Source: the human T2T-CHM13v2.0 reference genome, Homo sapiens. Taken from it: DNA of 64,000 bases. Position numbers and translations under genes: made by a program. The stretch is taken from the NCBI RefSeq assembly GCF_009914755.1, contig NC_060943.1; one strand, 5' to 3'. Below the pieces are notes generated by a model, which was not told the origin of the DNA, searched no databases, and worked only from the letters and a program-made list of their open reading frames with translations. How positions within the stretch are numbered: the first letter of the stretch is position 1; each line of letters opens with the position of its first letter. Shown one piece after another: positions 1 through 24,629 of the stretch.

Positions 1-2
1 GG

Positions 3-197
3 CAGCCACTGGCCTCCCAGCCCCCGGTCGTCGACCCCTACGACATGCCGGGAACCAGCTACTCCACACCAGGCATGAGTGGCTACAGCAGTGGCGGAGC
101 GAGTGGCAGTGGTGGGCCTTCCACCAGCGGAACTACCAGTGGGCCTGGGCCTGCCCGCCCAGCCCGAGCCCGGCCTAGGAGACCCCGAGAGGAGACG
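3..197 (+). CDS. FOSB: FOSB exon 2 (partial, window starts inside the exon)
   Basis: Translates QPLASQPPVVDPYDMPGTSYSTPG...RRPREET; donor ACG|GTGAGT at 197/198. Confidence 0.97.
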
Positions 198-264
198 GTG
201 AGTAAGGGACATCAGAACTTGGCCTGGGTAGGGGGAAGCAAGAGAGGCAGGAAGTTTCTTATGA

Positions 265-648
<384 letters not shown>

Positions 649-987
649 TAGACGTTCCACACATGGAACTAGGTACTGCTGTGGCCAGACTGGGTAGCCC
701 AGGGCACAAACACAGACCCCCATGGACTTAAGTCAACTCCTGGTCCCCCCCCCATTTCCTGACCCCACGGACTACTCTCCTAGCCTTCATTTCATCCCAA
801 GGGGCCACATGGGGCCCTTGAGGAGAGGGGCGCCCCCATCATTTCTCCCATCTGGTCTTCAGCAAGTAACAACCCATTTTGCCTCAGTTTCTCCATCTCT
901 GCAAACCCTCATCAAATCTCCCGGGCTCTTTCTACCCTTAACACTCTGGAAAGCCTGTGAAATGAAATTATTCCACCTCCTGCCCTA

Positions 988-2260
<1,273 letters not shown>

Positions 2261-2547
2261 ACTCTTTAGACACACAAAACAAACAAACACATGGGGGAGA
2301 GAGACTTGGAAGAGGAGGAGGAGGAGGAGAAGGAGGAGAGAGAGGGGAAGAGACAAAGTGGGTGTGTGGCCTCCCTGGCTCCTCCGTCTGACCCTCTGCG
2401 GCCACTGCGCCACTGCCATCGGACAGGAGGATTCCTTGTGTTTTGTCCTGCCTCTTGTTTCTGTGCCCCGGCGAGGCCGGAGAGCTGGTGACTTTGGGGA
2501 CAGGGGGTGGGAAGGGGATGGACACCCCCAGCTGACTGTTGGCTCTC

Positions 2548-2555
2548 TGACGTCA
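2548..2555. promoter_or_regulatory. Palindromic CRE (TGACGTCA) in FOSB 3'UTR
   Basis: Exact 8-mer; function not demonstrated. Confidence 0.4.
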
Positions 2556-4404
2556 ACCCAAGCTCTGGGGATGGGTGGGGAGGGGGGCGGGTGACGCCCA
2601 CCTTCGGGCAGTCCTGTGTGAGGATTAAGGGACGGGGGTGGGAGGTAGGCTGTGGGGTGGGCTGGAGTCCTCTCCAGAGAGGCTCAACAAGGAAAAATGC
2701 CACTCCCTACCCAATGTCTCCCACACCCACCCTTTTTTTGGGGTGCCTAGGTTGGTTTCCCCTGCACTCCCGACCTTAGCTTATTGATCCCACATTTCCA
2801 TGGTGTGAGATCCTCTTTACTCTGGGCAGAAGTGAGCCCCCCCCTTAAAGGGAATTCGATGCCCCCCTAGAATAATCTCATCCCCCCACCCGACTTCTTT
2901 TGAAATGTGAACGTCCTTCCTTGACTGTCTAGCCACTCCCTCCCAGAAAAACTGGCTCTGATTGGAATTTCTGGCCTCCTAAGGCTCCCCACCCCGAAAT
3001 CAGCCCCCAGCCTTGTTTCTGATGACAGTGTTATCCCAAGACCCTGCCCCCTGCCAGCCGACCCTCCTGGCCTTCCTCGTTGGGCCGCTCTGATTTCAGG
3101 CAGCAGGGGCTGCTGTGATGCCGTCCTGCTGGAGTGATTTATACTGTGAAATGAGTTGGCCAGATTGTGGGGTGCAGCTGGGTGGGGCAGCACACCTCTG
3201 GGGGGATAATGTCCCCACTCCCGAAAGCCTTTCCTCGGTCTCCCTTCCGTCCATCCCCCTTCTTCCTCCCCTCAACAGTGAGTTAGACTCAAGGGGGTGA
3301 CAGAACCGAGAAGGGGGTGACAGTCCTCCATCCACGTGGCCTCTCTCTCTCTCCTCAGGACCCTCAGCCCTGGCCTTTTTCTTTAAGGTCCCCCGACCAA
3401 TCCCCAGCCTAGGACGCCAACTTCTCCCACCCCTTGGCCCCTCACATCCTCTCCAGGAAGGGAGTGAGGGGCTGTGACATTTTTCCGGAGAAGATTTCAG
3501 AGCTGAGGCTTTGGTACCCCCAAACCCCCAATATTTTTGGACTGGCAGACTCAAGGGGCTGGAATCTCATGATTCCATGCCCGAGTCCGCCCATCCCTGA
3601 CCATGGTTTTGGCTCTCCCACCCCGCCGTTCCCTGCGCTTCATCTCATGAGGATTTCTTTATGAGGCAAATTTATATTTTTTAATATCGGGGGGTGGACC
3701 ACGCCGCCCTCCATCCGTGCTGCATGAAAAACATTCCACGTGCCCCTTGTCGCGCGTCTCCCATCCTGATCCCAGACCCATTCCTTAGCTATTTATCCCT
3801 TTCCTGGTTTCCGAAAGGCAATTATATCTATTATGTATAAGTAAATATATTATATATGGATGTGTGTGTGTGCGTGCGCGTGAGTGTGTGAGCGCTTCTG
3901 CAGCCTCGGCCTAGGTCACGTTGGCCCTCAAAGCGAGCCGTTGAATTGGAAACTGCTTCTAGAAACTCTGGCTCAGCCTGTCTCGGGCTGACCCTTTTCT
4001 GATCGTCTCGGCCCCTCTGATTGTTCCCGATGGTCTCTCTCCCTCTGTCTTTTCTCCTCCGCCTGTGTCCATCTGACCGTTTTCACTTGTCTCCTTTCTG
4101 ACTGTCCCTGCCAATGCTCCAGCTGTCGTCTGACTCTGGGTTCGTTGGGGACATGAGATTTTATTTTTTGTGAGTGAGACTGAGGGATCGTAGATTTTTA
4201 CAATCTGTATCTTTGACAATTCTGGGTGCGAGTGTGAGAGTGTGAGCAGGGCTTGCTCCTGCCAACCACAATTCAATGAATCCCCGACCCCCCTACCCCA
4301 TGCTGTACTTGTGGTTCTCTTTTTGTATTTTGCATCTGACCCCGGGGGGCTGGGACAGATTGGCAATGGGCCGTCCCCTCTCCCCTTGGTTCTGCACTGT
4401 TGCC

Positions 4405-4410
4405 AATAAA
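4405..4410 (+). terminator. FOSB: FOSB polyadenylation signal AATAAA
   Basis: AATAAA about 2.15 kb after the stop codon, GT/T-rich sequence downstream. Confidence 0.85.
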
Positions 4411-4687
4411 AAGCTCTTAAAAACGCATTCGCCAGGCTACAGTGTTTATTTCCTCCTAACACCCATTGCCTGGCTTCCTTTTAGTAAGAGAGGATGAGGT
4501 TAGATTGTCGAAGGACTACACACACACAGAGATCATACACCCATGCACACACACACACAGACACACACCTATGCAGGAACTCCTTCTAGTCAATGGGTCT
4601 ACAGCAGGATAAAAGGAAGGCAGACAGTCAGGAGGACTTCCTGTACTCGCAGGCAGTGCCTCCTACTAGAAAAAGTAAGTGGCTACA

Positions 4688-7254
<2,567 letters not shown>

Positions 7255-7801
7255 TCAAGGGTCTGCCCTAATGTTCCCATGACACCCGACCAGCTCAGCT
7301 CTCCTTATGAGAGGGCCTCACTTTTCTATTCCCTTTGCAGCCGTTATCCCCTTTGTAGTTGTTAATTAAGTGTGTAATTACATGATGGCTTAATGTTTGT
7401 CTCCCCCACTGGGCTGACTGCACCAGGAGACCAAGGCCAGGGCTGTCACCCACCGCTGCGTCCTCAGCAAATGCTTGTTTGATGAGTGAATGACAGATGA
7501 ACAAATGGGCAAGTATTTGACTGATTAATCACGGCATGCGTGATTAAATAAATGAGTGAGCAAACGACTGAATGAGTAAGCAATTGAAGGGGAGAGATCT
7601 AGGATAATTTCCAAACTGCCAATATCCCAGAACTGGGTAGATGACTTTTTCTCCGTCTTTTGGAGTGGGTTTTTATACTCCGGAGGGGGAAATAAGTAAC
7701 GACAATCAGAGATCGGAGTGACAGAGAATGAGTTTGCGATGCGGAAGGCCGCAGCGACCTCTCCAGGTGCAGGCTGGAGGAGCGCCTCCCGGGCAACAAG
7801 C

Positions 7802-7805
7802 AAAA
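7802..7805 (-). terminator. Pol III oligo(dT) terminator of tRNA-Sec
   Basis: First T4 run on the minus strand, about 45 nt downstream of the tRNA 3' end. Confidence 0.6.
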
Positions 7806-7849
7806 GAAGTCCGGTTCGATAAGTAAGATTTAAGGCGCTTAGTTACTAC

Positions 7850-7936
7850 CGCCCGAAAGGTGGAATTGAACCACTCTGTCGCTAGACAGCTACAGGTTTG
7901 AAGCCTGCACCCCAGACCACTGAGGATCATCCGGGC
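7850..7936 (-). tRNA. TRU-TCA1-1: tRNA-Sec (selenocysteine, anticodon UCA), 87 nt
   Basis: Minus strand reads GCCCGGATGATCCTCAGTGGTCTGGGGTGCAGGCTTCAAACCTGTAGCTGTCTAGCGACAGAGTGGTTCAATTCCACCTTTCGGGCG; TCA anticodon at 7899-7901; long variable arm. Confidence 0.98.
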
Positions 7937-7960
7937 AGGACAACCTTATTCCCGCGCAGC

Positions 7961-7967
7961 TATATAA
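7961..7967 (-). promoter_or_regulatory. tRNA-Sec TATA box (about -25 to -31)
   Basis: TTATATA on minus strand at the type 3 Pol III promoter position. Confidence 0.85.
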
Positions 7968-7981
7968 GGATCGCAAAAGCT

Positions 7982-8003
7982 TACCTTTTAGAGTTATGGT
8001 CGC
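7982..8003 (-). promoter_or_regulatory. tRNA-Sec proximal sequence element (SNAPc site)
   Basis: GCGACCATAACTCTAAAAGGTA at -46 to -67, resembles the U6 PSE. Confidence 0.8.
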
Positions 8004-8139
8004 GTCCTTTGGAAAGGTGTGAGATGGTTGACTTCAAGGGCTATAAGTTCTCCCCACTCATTTATCGTGAGAGATGTCCTTGTAAAACGTTGCCTTCACT
8101 TCATATAGTATGAATCATCCTCGCTCCCCAAACCGTCTC

Positions 8140-8167
8140 ATTTACATAGCGCCACGCATTCTGGGAA
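8140..8167 (-). promoter_or_regulatory. tRNA-Sec distal activator element: SPH/Staf (ZNF143) motif plus variant octamer
   Basis: TTCCCAGAATGCGTGGCGC (8149-8167) next to ATGTAAAT (8140-8147), at about -205 to -230. Confidence 0.85.
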
Positions 8168-9197
8168 GCAGCGTTTGAGCACCTGGCAAGCTGTTAAAGG
8201 GCCCAGGACCCCCTTTTTCCAAAATGAAAAGTCAGCTTTTTAAGAGGAGAGATTCATGATTCGGCATTCAGAAGCGCCTTCTCGGAAAATTCCGAATTCT
8301 CTTTCTGCGGAGGAGTGGTGAGTGGGTTCCTGTTAGAGTCTGATTCACCCTGGCCCCAAAGGCTCTGAGCAGGCGGCTATAGGGCTGGTGCGACACCTGC
8401 TGTTCTTTTATGGAATTGCGTAGGCCGATGGAGCTCCGCGTTCATTCAAACGTTTATTGAGCGTCTACTGAGTCCCAGGAACTGTCTCGGTGCTGGTGAC
8501 GACAGACATCCTGTCCCGATTGAGTTTAAACACTAGACATAACCAATTTCTGCACTTGCGTTTTATGGTTGGAGAAACTGAGACAGACTCAGAAACGGAT
8601 AGTACCATATTCCGGTTAAAACAGCCCATCCACTTAGGGAAATCGAACTTGTGTTACAATTTTTATTACAAAAAAGGTGATTCTTTTTTCTTAAATTTTT
8701 ACATATTTAGGAGGTACAGGTGCCGATTTCTACATGCATATGTTGATTGCATCGTGGTGAAATCTGGGCTTTTAGGTGTACTCATCACGAAAAATTATTC
8801 AATATTCTAAGTCAGTGATTCTTTGACAATACCATTCTCCTGCATGAAACTCTCCCATGACTTCCATTTCAGAGTAAAAGTCAAAGTACTCACCCTGCTT
8901 TACAAATCCCTGTAATCCAGCCCCTTTGGTCCCTCTGACCCTGTCTCACATACTCCTCTTCCCTTGGATATTATTGGATTTAGGCACACAGATGTCTTGC
9001 TGCACACATGGATCATGCTACCACCACAGGGACTTTGTGCTTGCCGATCCCCTAGCCTGGATCTCCTCTTCACATGTTCCCATGGCTCATCGCCTCCCTT
9101 CACTCTGTCATCTGATCAAATGTCAATACCAAAAACTCACTGAGTGACCAGCACTCAGTGGGGCCTTCCCTGATCCCAGTTTAAAATAGCGAGTGGC

Positions 9198-14569
<5,372 letters not shown>

Positions 14570-14956
14570 TAAATCCAAGCTCAGGCCTCCCCTGGGCCCC
14601 ATGCAAAGCCCCGGCGTTGGGGCTAGTAGCATCCAGGAGACACCAACGCCTCACGGCGCCTCCAGCGGCGGGTCCGGAAGTGCAGGGTGGTGCCCTGTCT
14701 AGGCAACTACAAGTCCCAGCAGGCCCCGCGGCCAAGGTGCCTCGTCTTTCCTGGACTCCTGGAGCAGAGCCTCTTGGGAAATGTAGTCCTGGTCGCTCAG
14801 GTAATTAGCGCAGAGTCCCTAGTGGGAGTGATCCTGACACCCACCGGGAAAAGGCTCGGGCCGAGGAGGGGGGTGGGTGGGAACGGACAAGAGATGGAGG
14901 GGGCCAGAGGGCTGCGGGGGCTGGGGGCAGGCGTCCTGCGGGCAGAGACACCGTTC

Positions 14957-15038
14957 TCATTCGGCTTTGGCTTTGGATCCGGAGACTGCGGCTGCTGCAG
15001 AGGCCAGGGCTCCGGTCCCTGGGATTTTAGCTCGGATC
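14957..15038 (-). CDS. RTN2: RTN2 exon 11 (last coding exon)
   Basis: IRAKIPGTGALASAAAAVSGSKAKAE*; the 11 exons sum to 1638 nt = 545 aa plus stop. Confidence 0.96.
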
Positions 15039-15303
15039 CTGAAGGAGAAACAGGTGGGATCACGAGGTGGGGCAAGAGACGCGGGGTGGGCATCTGGGGA
15101 CAACGGGGAAAGCTGGGTGGGAAACTGACCAAGAGCCCGAAGCCAGCTCCTGCCCTCCACCTAGTGGCCTACATTGGAATTGCCTCCTCAGCCTTTTCAA
15201 GGGGACATTACCCCAGGAGATTTGCGGACAGCGAGAGTAGAAAGGAAAGGTTCCCAAGCTCCCCCACTTCCCCCTCCCATCGACCTCCGCCCCATGCTCT
15301 TAC

Positions 15304-15362
15304 TTAGCTTTGATGTGGCTCAACTGATTGGTCACCAACCCCACATATTGGTCGATCTGAGC
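15304..15362 (-). CDS. RTN2: RTN2 exon 10
   Basis: AQIDQYVGLVTNQLSHIKAK, 59 nt, AG/GT boundaries. Confidence 0.96.
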
Positions 15363-15724
15363 CTGGGGAGACCAAAGAAAGGTGAAAGAAGGGATTGGAG
15401 GGGTTTCTTCTCTTTAGTCACATAGGAGGCTGCTTCCTCCCCAACCTCCAAATTAGGAGTTGTGAAGAGTGGCCCACCACGCCACCCCCGGCTCTAAACT
15501 TCATAGAATACATTAGATGCCAGAGATGCCAGTTATAGGGTCAGTGAGTTGGGCCATACTCTGTATGGAGAGTGATGTCAGGTGGAACGCACAAGTATCT
15601 GGCAGTGAGGCCGTGTCCTGGGCACGATGGTTAATCTTTGAGTGAGTTTGCATACGTGTGTGTTGTGGGGTAGGGTGAGAACAGAAGGCACTGGCATTGG
15701 TCACCGAGTCCCTGAGTGGATTGA

Positions 15725-17545
<1,821 letters not shown>

Positions 17546-17729
17546 AAGCCTGTCCCTGGCTGATGCTGATAAGACATGTTACTTAGACTCTGGTTGTATT
17601 GGGAAGGTGCTGCAGCCAGGACACCTGTGTCTGGCCCGGACATCTGTCAATGGGACCCCGGTTCTGGAAGGAGATGGTCAGACCCCCATGTTTAGCTGGG
17701 GTGCTGACAACTGAGGGTGTCACACTCAC

Positions 17730-17776
17730 CTGGTGCTGCCGGTACAGCAGGGGGATGGTGAATAGACCAATCACTC
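17730..17776 (-). CDS. RTN2: RTN2 exon 9
   Basis: VIGLFTIPLLYRQHQ, 47 nt. Confidence 0.96.
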
Positions 17777-17895
17777 CTGTGGGTACAGAGATGGGGGCGT
17801 CAGGGTGTTCCCAAGAGATGAACAGTTCCATCTGGAGCCCTGTCCCCCACCAGACTCCAAGTCCCCATTTGCCCCTTACGGCCTTCCCAGCTCAC

Positions 17896-17965
17896 CCAGA
17901 ATGAGAAGAGTCAAACCATTGAAGATGGCACCCACGAAGGTCAAGATGTAGAAGAGGAGGGCCAG
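17896..17965 (-). CDS. RTN2: RTN2 exon 8 (second hydrophobic segment of the reticulon homology domain)
   Basis: LALLFYILTFVGAIFNGLTLLIL, 70 nt. Confidence 0.96.
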
Positions 17966-18106
17966 CTGGGGGTGAAGGTCAGGGTCAGCAGAGCCCACCG
18001 GGAATTCCCTCTCATGCTGTGAATTTACCCAACAGTCGCCCTCCCACCCCCTAGCCATGCAGAGGTGAATGGGGGAACCCAGGAGGGGCTGAGAGCTCCA
18101 GGCCAC

Positions 18107-18245
18107 CTTGAGGGAATCCACGAGGTCTTCTACCAGGAAGAAGTGCCGCAGCTGCGTGGCCGCCGAGACCACGCGGGAGGTGATCTGGTGGGACAAACGT
18201 TCCGTCTGCTCCCGAGTCAGGGTGAGGTCCACATCCAGGTAGGCC
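18107..18245 (-). CDS. RTN2: RTN2 exon 7 (loop of the reticulon homology domain)
   Basis: AYLDVDLTLTREQ...FLVEDLVDSLK, 139 nt. Confidence 0.96.
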
Positions 18246-18604
18246 CTGCGGGGACAAAGGAGTGTGGGGCGACTCAGTGGGTGACCAGCTCAGACTGGTG
18301 CAGGGGCAGCTGAAACAAGGGAGAGGAATGGCGGTTGGGAGAAGACCAGAGTTAGGACTGAGGGGCAGCTCAGAGGAATCACATGTAGAGGGCTGGGGTC
18401 AGGGTCAGGGTCAGGGGAAGGGATCGAGGATGAAGGGTACCAGGTTAGGATCAGAGATTAGGATTGAAGGGTAGGTTAGGGGATCGGGATGAAAAATGAT
18501 CAAGATGAGTCGGGGTCCGGGTGGGAGTCGGTGCCTGATTTGAGGTCGTGGGTCATGCTTTAGGGTCAGGACAGGGGCTCAGGTCAGGGGCCGGGGGTTC
18601 TCAC

Positions 18605-18812
18605 TGGAAAGGGTTGGCTCCATCCCCCCGGTGCACGGCCTGCAGCACTTTGCGGTAAACCCTGAGAGAGATGGTGCCGCAGAGCAGCAACAGAGCCAAG
18701 TGCGCGGCCACGGACACGATGCTAAAGTGCAGGAGGCAGAGGAGGGAGACCATCAGGCCTGTGAAGACCACTCCTGACGTCCTCGTGTCCTTCCAGTACA
18801 GCAGGTCCGCCA
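18605..18812 (-). CDS. RTN2: RTN2 exon 6 (start of the reticulon homology domain)
   Basis: ADLLYWKDTRTSGVVF...GDGANPF, 208 nt. Confidence 0.97.
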
Positions 18813-18934
18813 CTGTGGAGGGGTGGGGGGCATCAGGGCTTGTACCTGACCTGGCTGGTCTCCTCACCTCCCTTTCCCTGTCCTACAGCTGAAAATGACT
18901 TCTCGACACACCTGTTTGAGCATAACCTGATTTC

Positions 18935-21861
<2,927 letters not shown>

Positions 21862-22424
21862 TCAGTACCTTTCTATTTCTTTCCAGATCCTCTCTATCCT
21901 CCCACACTCCCTCCAACTGACCCCTCCGACCGGTCCCTCTTAGAGGCTCACCCCTCACTTCCGTCTCCTTCCAATGCATCTCCTCTCATTTACCTCCAAA
22001 TAGGGCAGCCCCTCCCTCCCCATAGCAGGGCCCTCCCAGGCAGGCTCCTAGTGGCCGGCGCCAGTGGATGGGGGAGGGGCCAGGTCGCCTGAGGCGGGGG
22101 CTAAGTTTAGGCACGCTGGGGGGAGGGGGCCTCCCCGCAGCTGTTCTGGCCCGTCTGGCCCCTGAGTGACAGCGCTGCCTGGGGCCGAGGCTGGGGGAGG
22201 GGGTCCTCCCTGCTCCTGGGCCCCAAAGTGCTGGCTCGAAGGAGAAGGGACCCCATGCTCCCTCTGGGTCCTCCCTATACTGCCCCTCGGCCCCCTAGCC
22301 CCAGCCTGCAGCGCTGCGGAAGCAGATCAGTAATAAAAATGCTCCGGATGTGCAGGAGATAAGGGCGAGTTTGGACCCCGTTCCGCCGACCTCAGCCCCC
22401 GTCCAGCCCGTTCCGCAAGCCCAC

Positions 22425-22643
22425 CTTTACTCCCCATATCGGCTCCGAGTGAGAGGCTGGGGACACCGCTGCTTCTCGGGGATTTTGCCCACTTCAGTAG
22501 AACCCGGAGGACAGGAGTAGGGGGGGTGGGGCCCCTTTGGACCCAGCCAATGGCTGTCCACAGAGGTGGGGACAATTCCAAAATTGGAACCGTCTTGTAA
22601 ACAGCCAAAAGCAATGATGTCTTTAACCATTCCATAGCTGTTC
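22425..22643 (-). CDS. RTN2: RTN2 exon 5 (219 nt, skippable in frame; contains the ATG of the short RTN2-C form at 22437)
   Basis: TAMEWLKTSLLLAV...GADMGSK; AG/GT boundaries. Confidence 0.93.
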
Positions 22644-22976
22644 CTGGAGGCGGAGCATATTTTAAAGTAAGGCTGGGTCATTTTACAACTGGCCAATAGA
22701 TGTGGTCAGGAAAAAGAGGGTTTTTGTTTGTTTTTTCAAATAGAGATCGAGTCTCCCTATGTTGCCCAGGCTGGTCTTGCACTCTTGGCTTCAAAGGATC
22801 CTCCCGCCTCGGCCTCCCAAAGTGTTTAGGATTACAGGCATGAGCCACTGCGCCCGGCCAAAAAGAAGAGTTTTTAAAAGGCACAGAGTTTACTTATAAA
22901 TATTCTACGGCCACATCTAAATAAGGAGAGAACTGTATTTTTTCAGGGATTTGGCCTGTCCAAAATCAGCCACTAG

Positions 22977-23330
<354 letters not shown>

Positions 23331-23430
23331 CTATGTACTGTTCCTTTGCGAGGTTGGTCCCTTTAATTCAAAATCCTCTCACCTTTTGCCTTCTGTGGGC
23401 CAATGCAGCATCTTCATACACGTTGCTTAC

Positions 23431-23685
23431 CTAGAAGGCGTGGCTCCACCGTGAATTCTAATTGGTCCGTGCTATCGAGGCACTGTCCCCTTACTGGCTC
23501 TCGCTCCAGTGGCCCCCACTGCTTTTCTTCCTCTTCCAGCAATGGCTCTTCGGGCCCAGAGTTCGAATCTCGCGATCGGGATGGGGACGGAGTACCGGCC
23601 TGGGGTGTCCCAGAGCCCGGACTGAGCTGGGGAGTCAAGACCTCGGGCGATGAGGGCTGAGCAAGTCGGAGTCGTAGGTCCAGTT
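23431..23685 (-). CDS. RTN2: RTN2 exon 4
   Basis: LDLRLRLAQPSSPEV...VEPRLL, 255 nt. Confidence 0.95.
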
Positions 23686-23790
23686 CTGATACGGTAGAGA
23701 GAGGAGGCCGTGAGCTTTCTTCTTGGAGGTGCCCCAAGGAGAAACCACCCACCCCTCTTGGCTTTGGTCCCAGCACCTCGGACATCTCAC

Positions 23791-24270
23791 CTTCCCCAGC
23801 TTCTCCTGTCTCCAATCTGTTGGGTTCTTGGGGTTCTTCGTCTTCCAGCGGGGTGGAGCTGCTGGTGGAAGAGTCCTCCCCGGATCCCGTTCCCCGGGCC
23901 ACCCAGCCCAGATGGTCCAACCGAAGCCTCAGGTCTTCCAGAGGGCGCTCGGATGGAGGCGCGGTGTCAGGATCACCCCGTCGTCCAGGCTCCGGGGATT
24001 GGCTCAGGCTGGGGATGCTCTCCAAGCTGTCGCCCAGGCTGGGCTGAGGGTGCTGGTCTCGTGGTTCCGAGACTGAGCGGCCCTGGGGGCGGGGGCGGCG
24101 GGCAGTTGAATCCCTGCGGCCCCCGGAGCCCACTACACCATCAAAGGCGATGTAGGAGAAGGTCAGCTCCCGGGGGGTGCCCCAGTCCTGCGACGTGGTC
24201 TCCTCCTCGTCCTCCTCTGAGAATTCCCGGGCTGTGTGCAGCTCTCGAAAATCAGAGTCGTCGTTCCCTC
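23791..24270 (-). CDS. RTN2: RTN2 exon 3
   Basis: GNDDSDFRELHTAREFSEE...LETGEAGE, 480 nt. Confidence 0.95.
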
Positions 24271-24359
24271 CTGCAGTGGGTGAAGGAGAGCCTTGTTTCC
24301 CTCAGCAGGTCCCTGAGCTGCCCAGCCCTGAGCCCCTTCACATGCTCCCCACCACTTAC

Positions 24360-24404
24360 CTTCTGTGGAATCAGGAGTTGAGGAGGCTGTAGACGGAGCT
24401 TCTT
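24360..24404 (-). CDS. RTN2: RTN2 exon 2
   Basis: EAPSTASSTPDSTE, 45 nt. Confidence 0.94.
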
Positions 24405-24629
24405 CTGCGAGAGGGAAAGAATCGAAGACTCTTAGAAGCTTAGACTGTCCGAATCACAGAAGTGTCCCAGTCCTGGAATCTTAGAATATTTGAATCACGG
24501 GATTTTTAGAACATTCTGCACACAGACTCTAAAACCTAGCATCACTGCCTGATGAAGCTCAGAGTCTTTGAAGTCCAAATCCAGGAATCTTAATCTTAGA
24601 GTCTTCAAAGTAGGAATCTTAGGAGGTTT

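Noticed and set aside
7706-7930. 74-aa ORF over the tRNA-Sec gene
   Set aside because: Incidental frame across the tRNA
14687-15307. 206-aa ORF antisense to the RTN2 3' end
   Set aside because: Non-ATG start, low-complexity GC-rich sequence, no homology recognised
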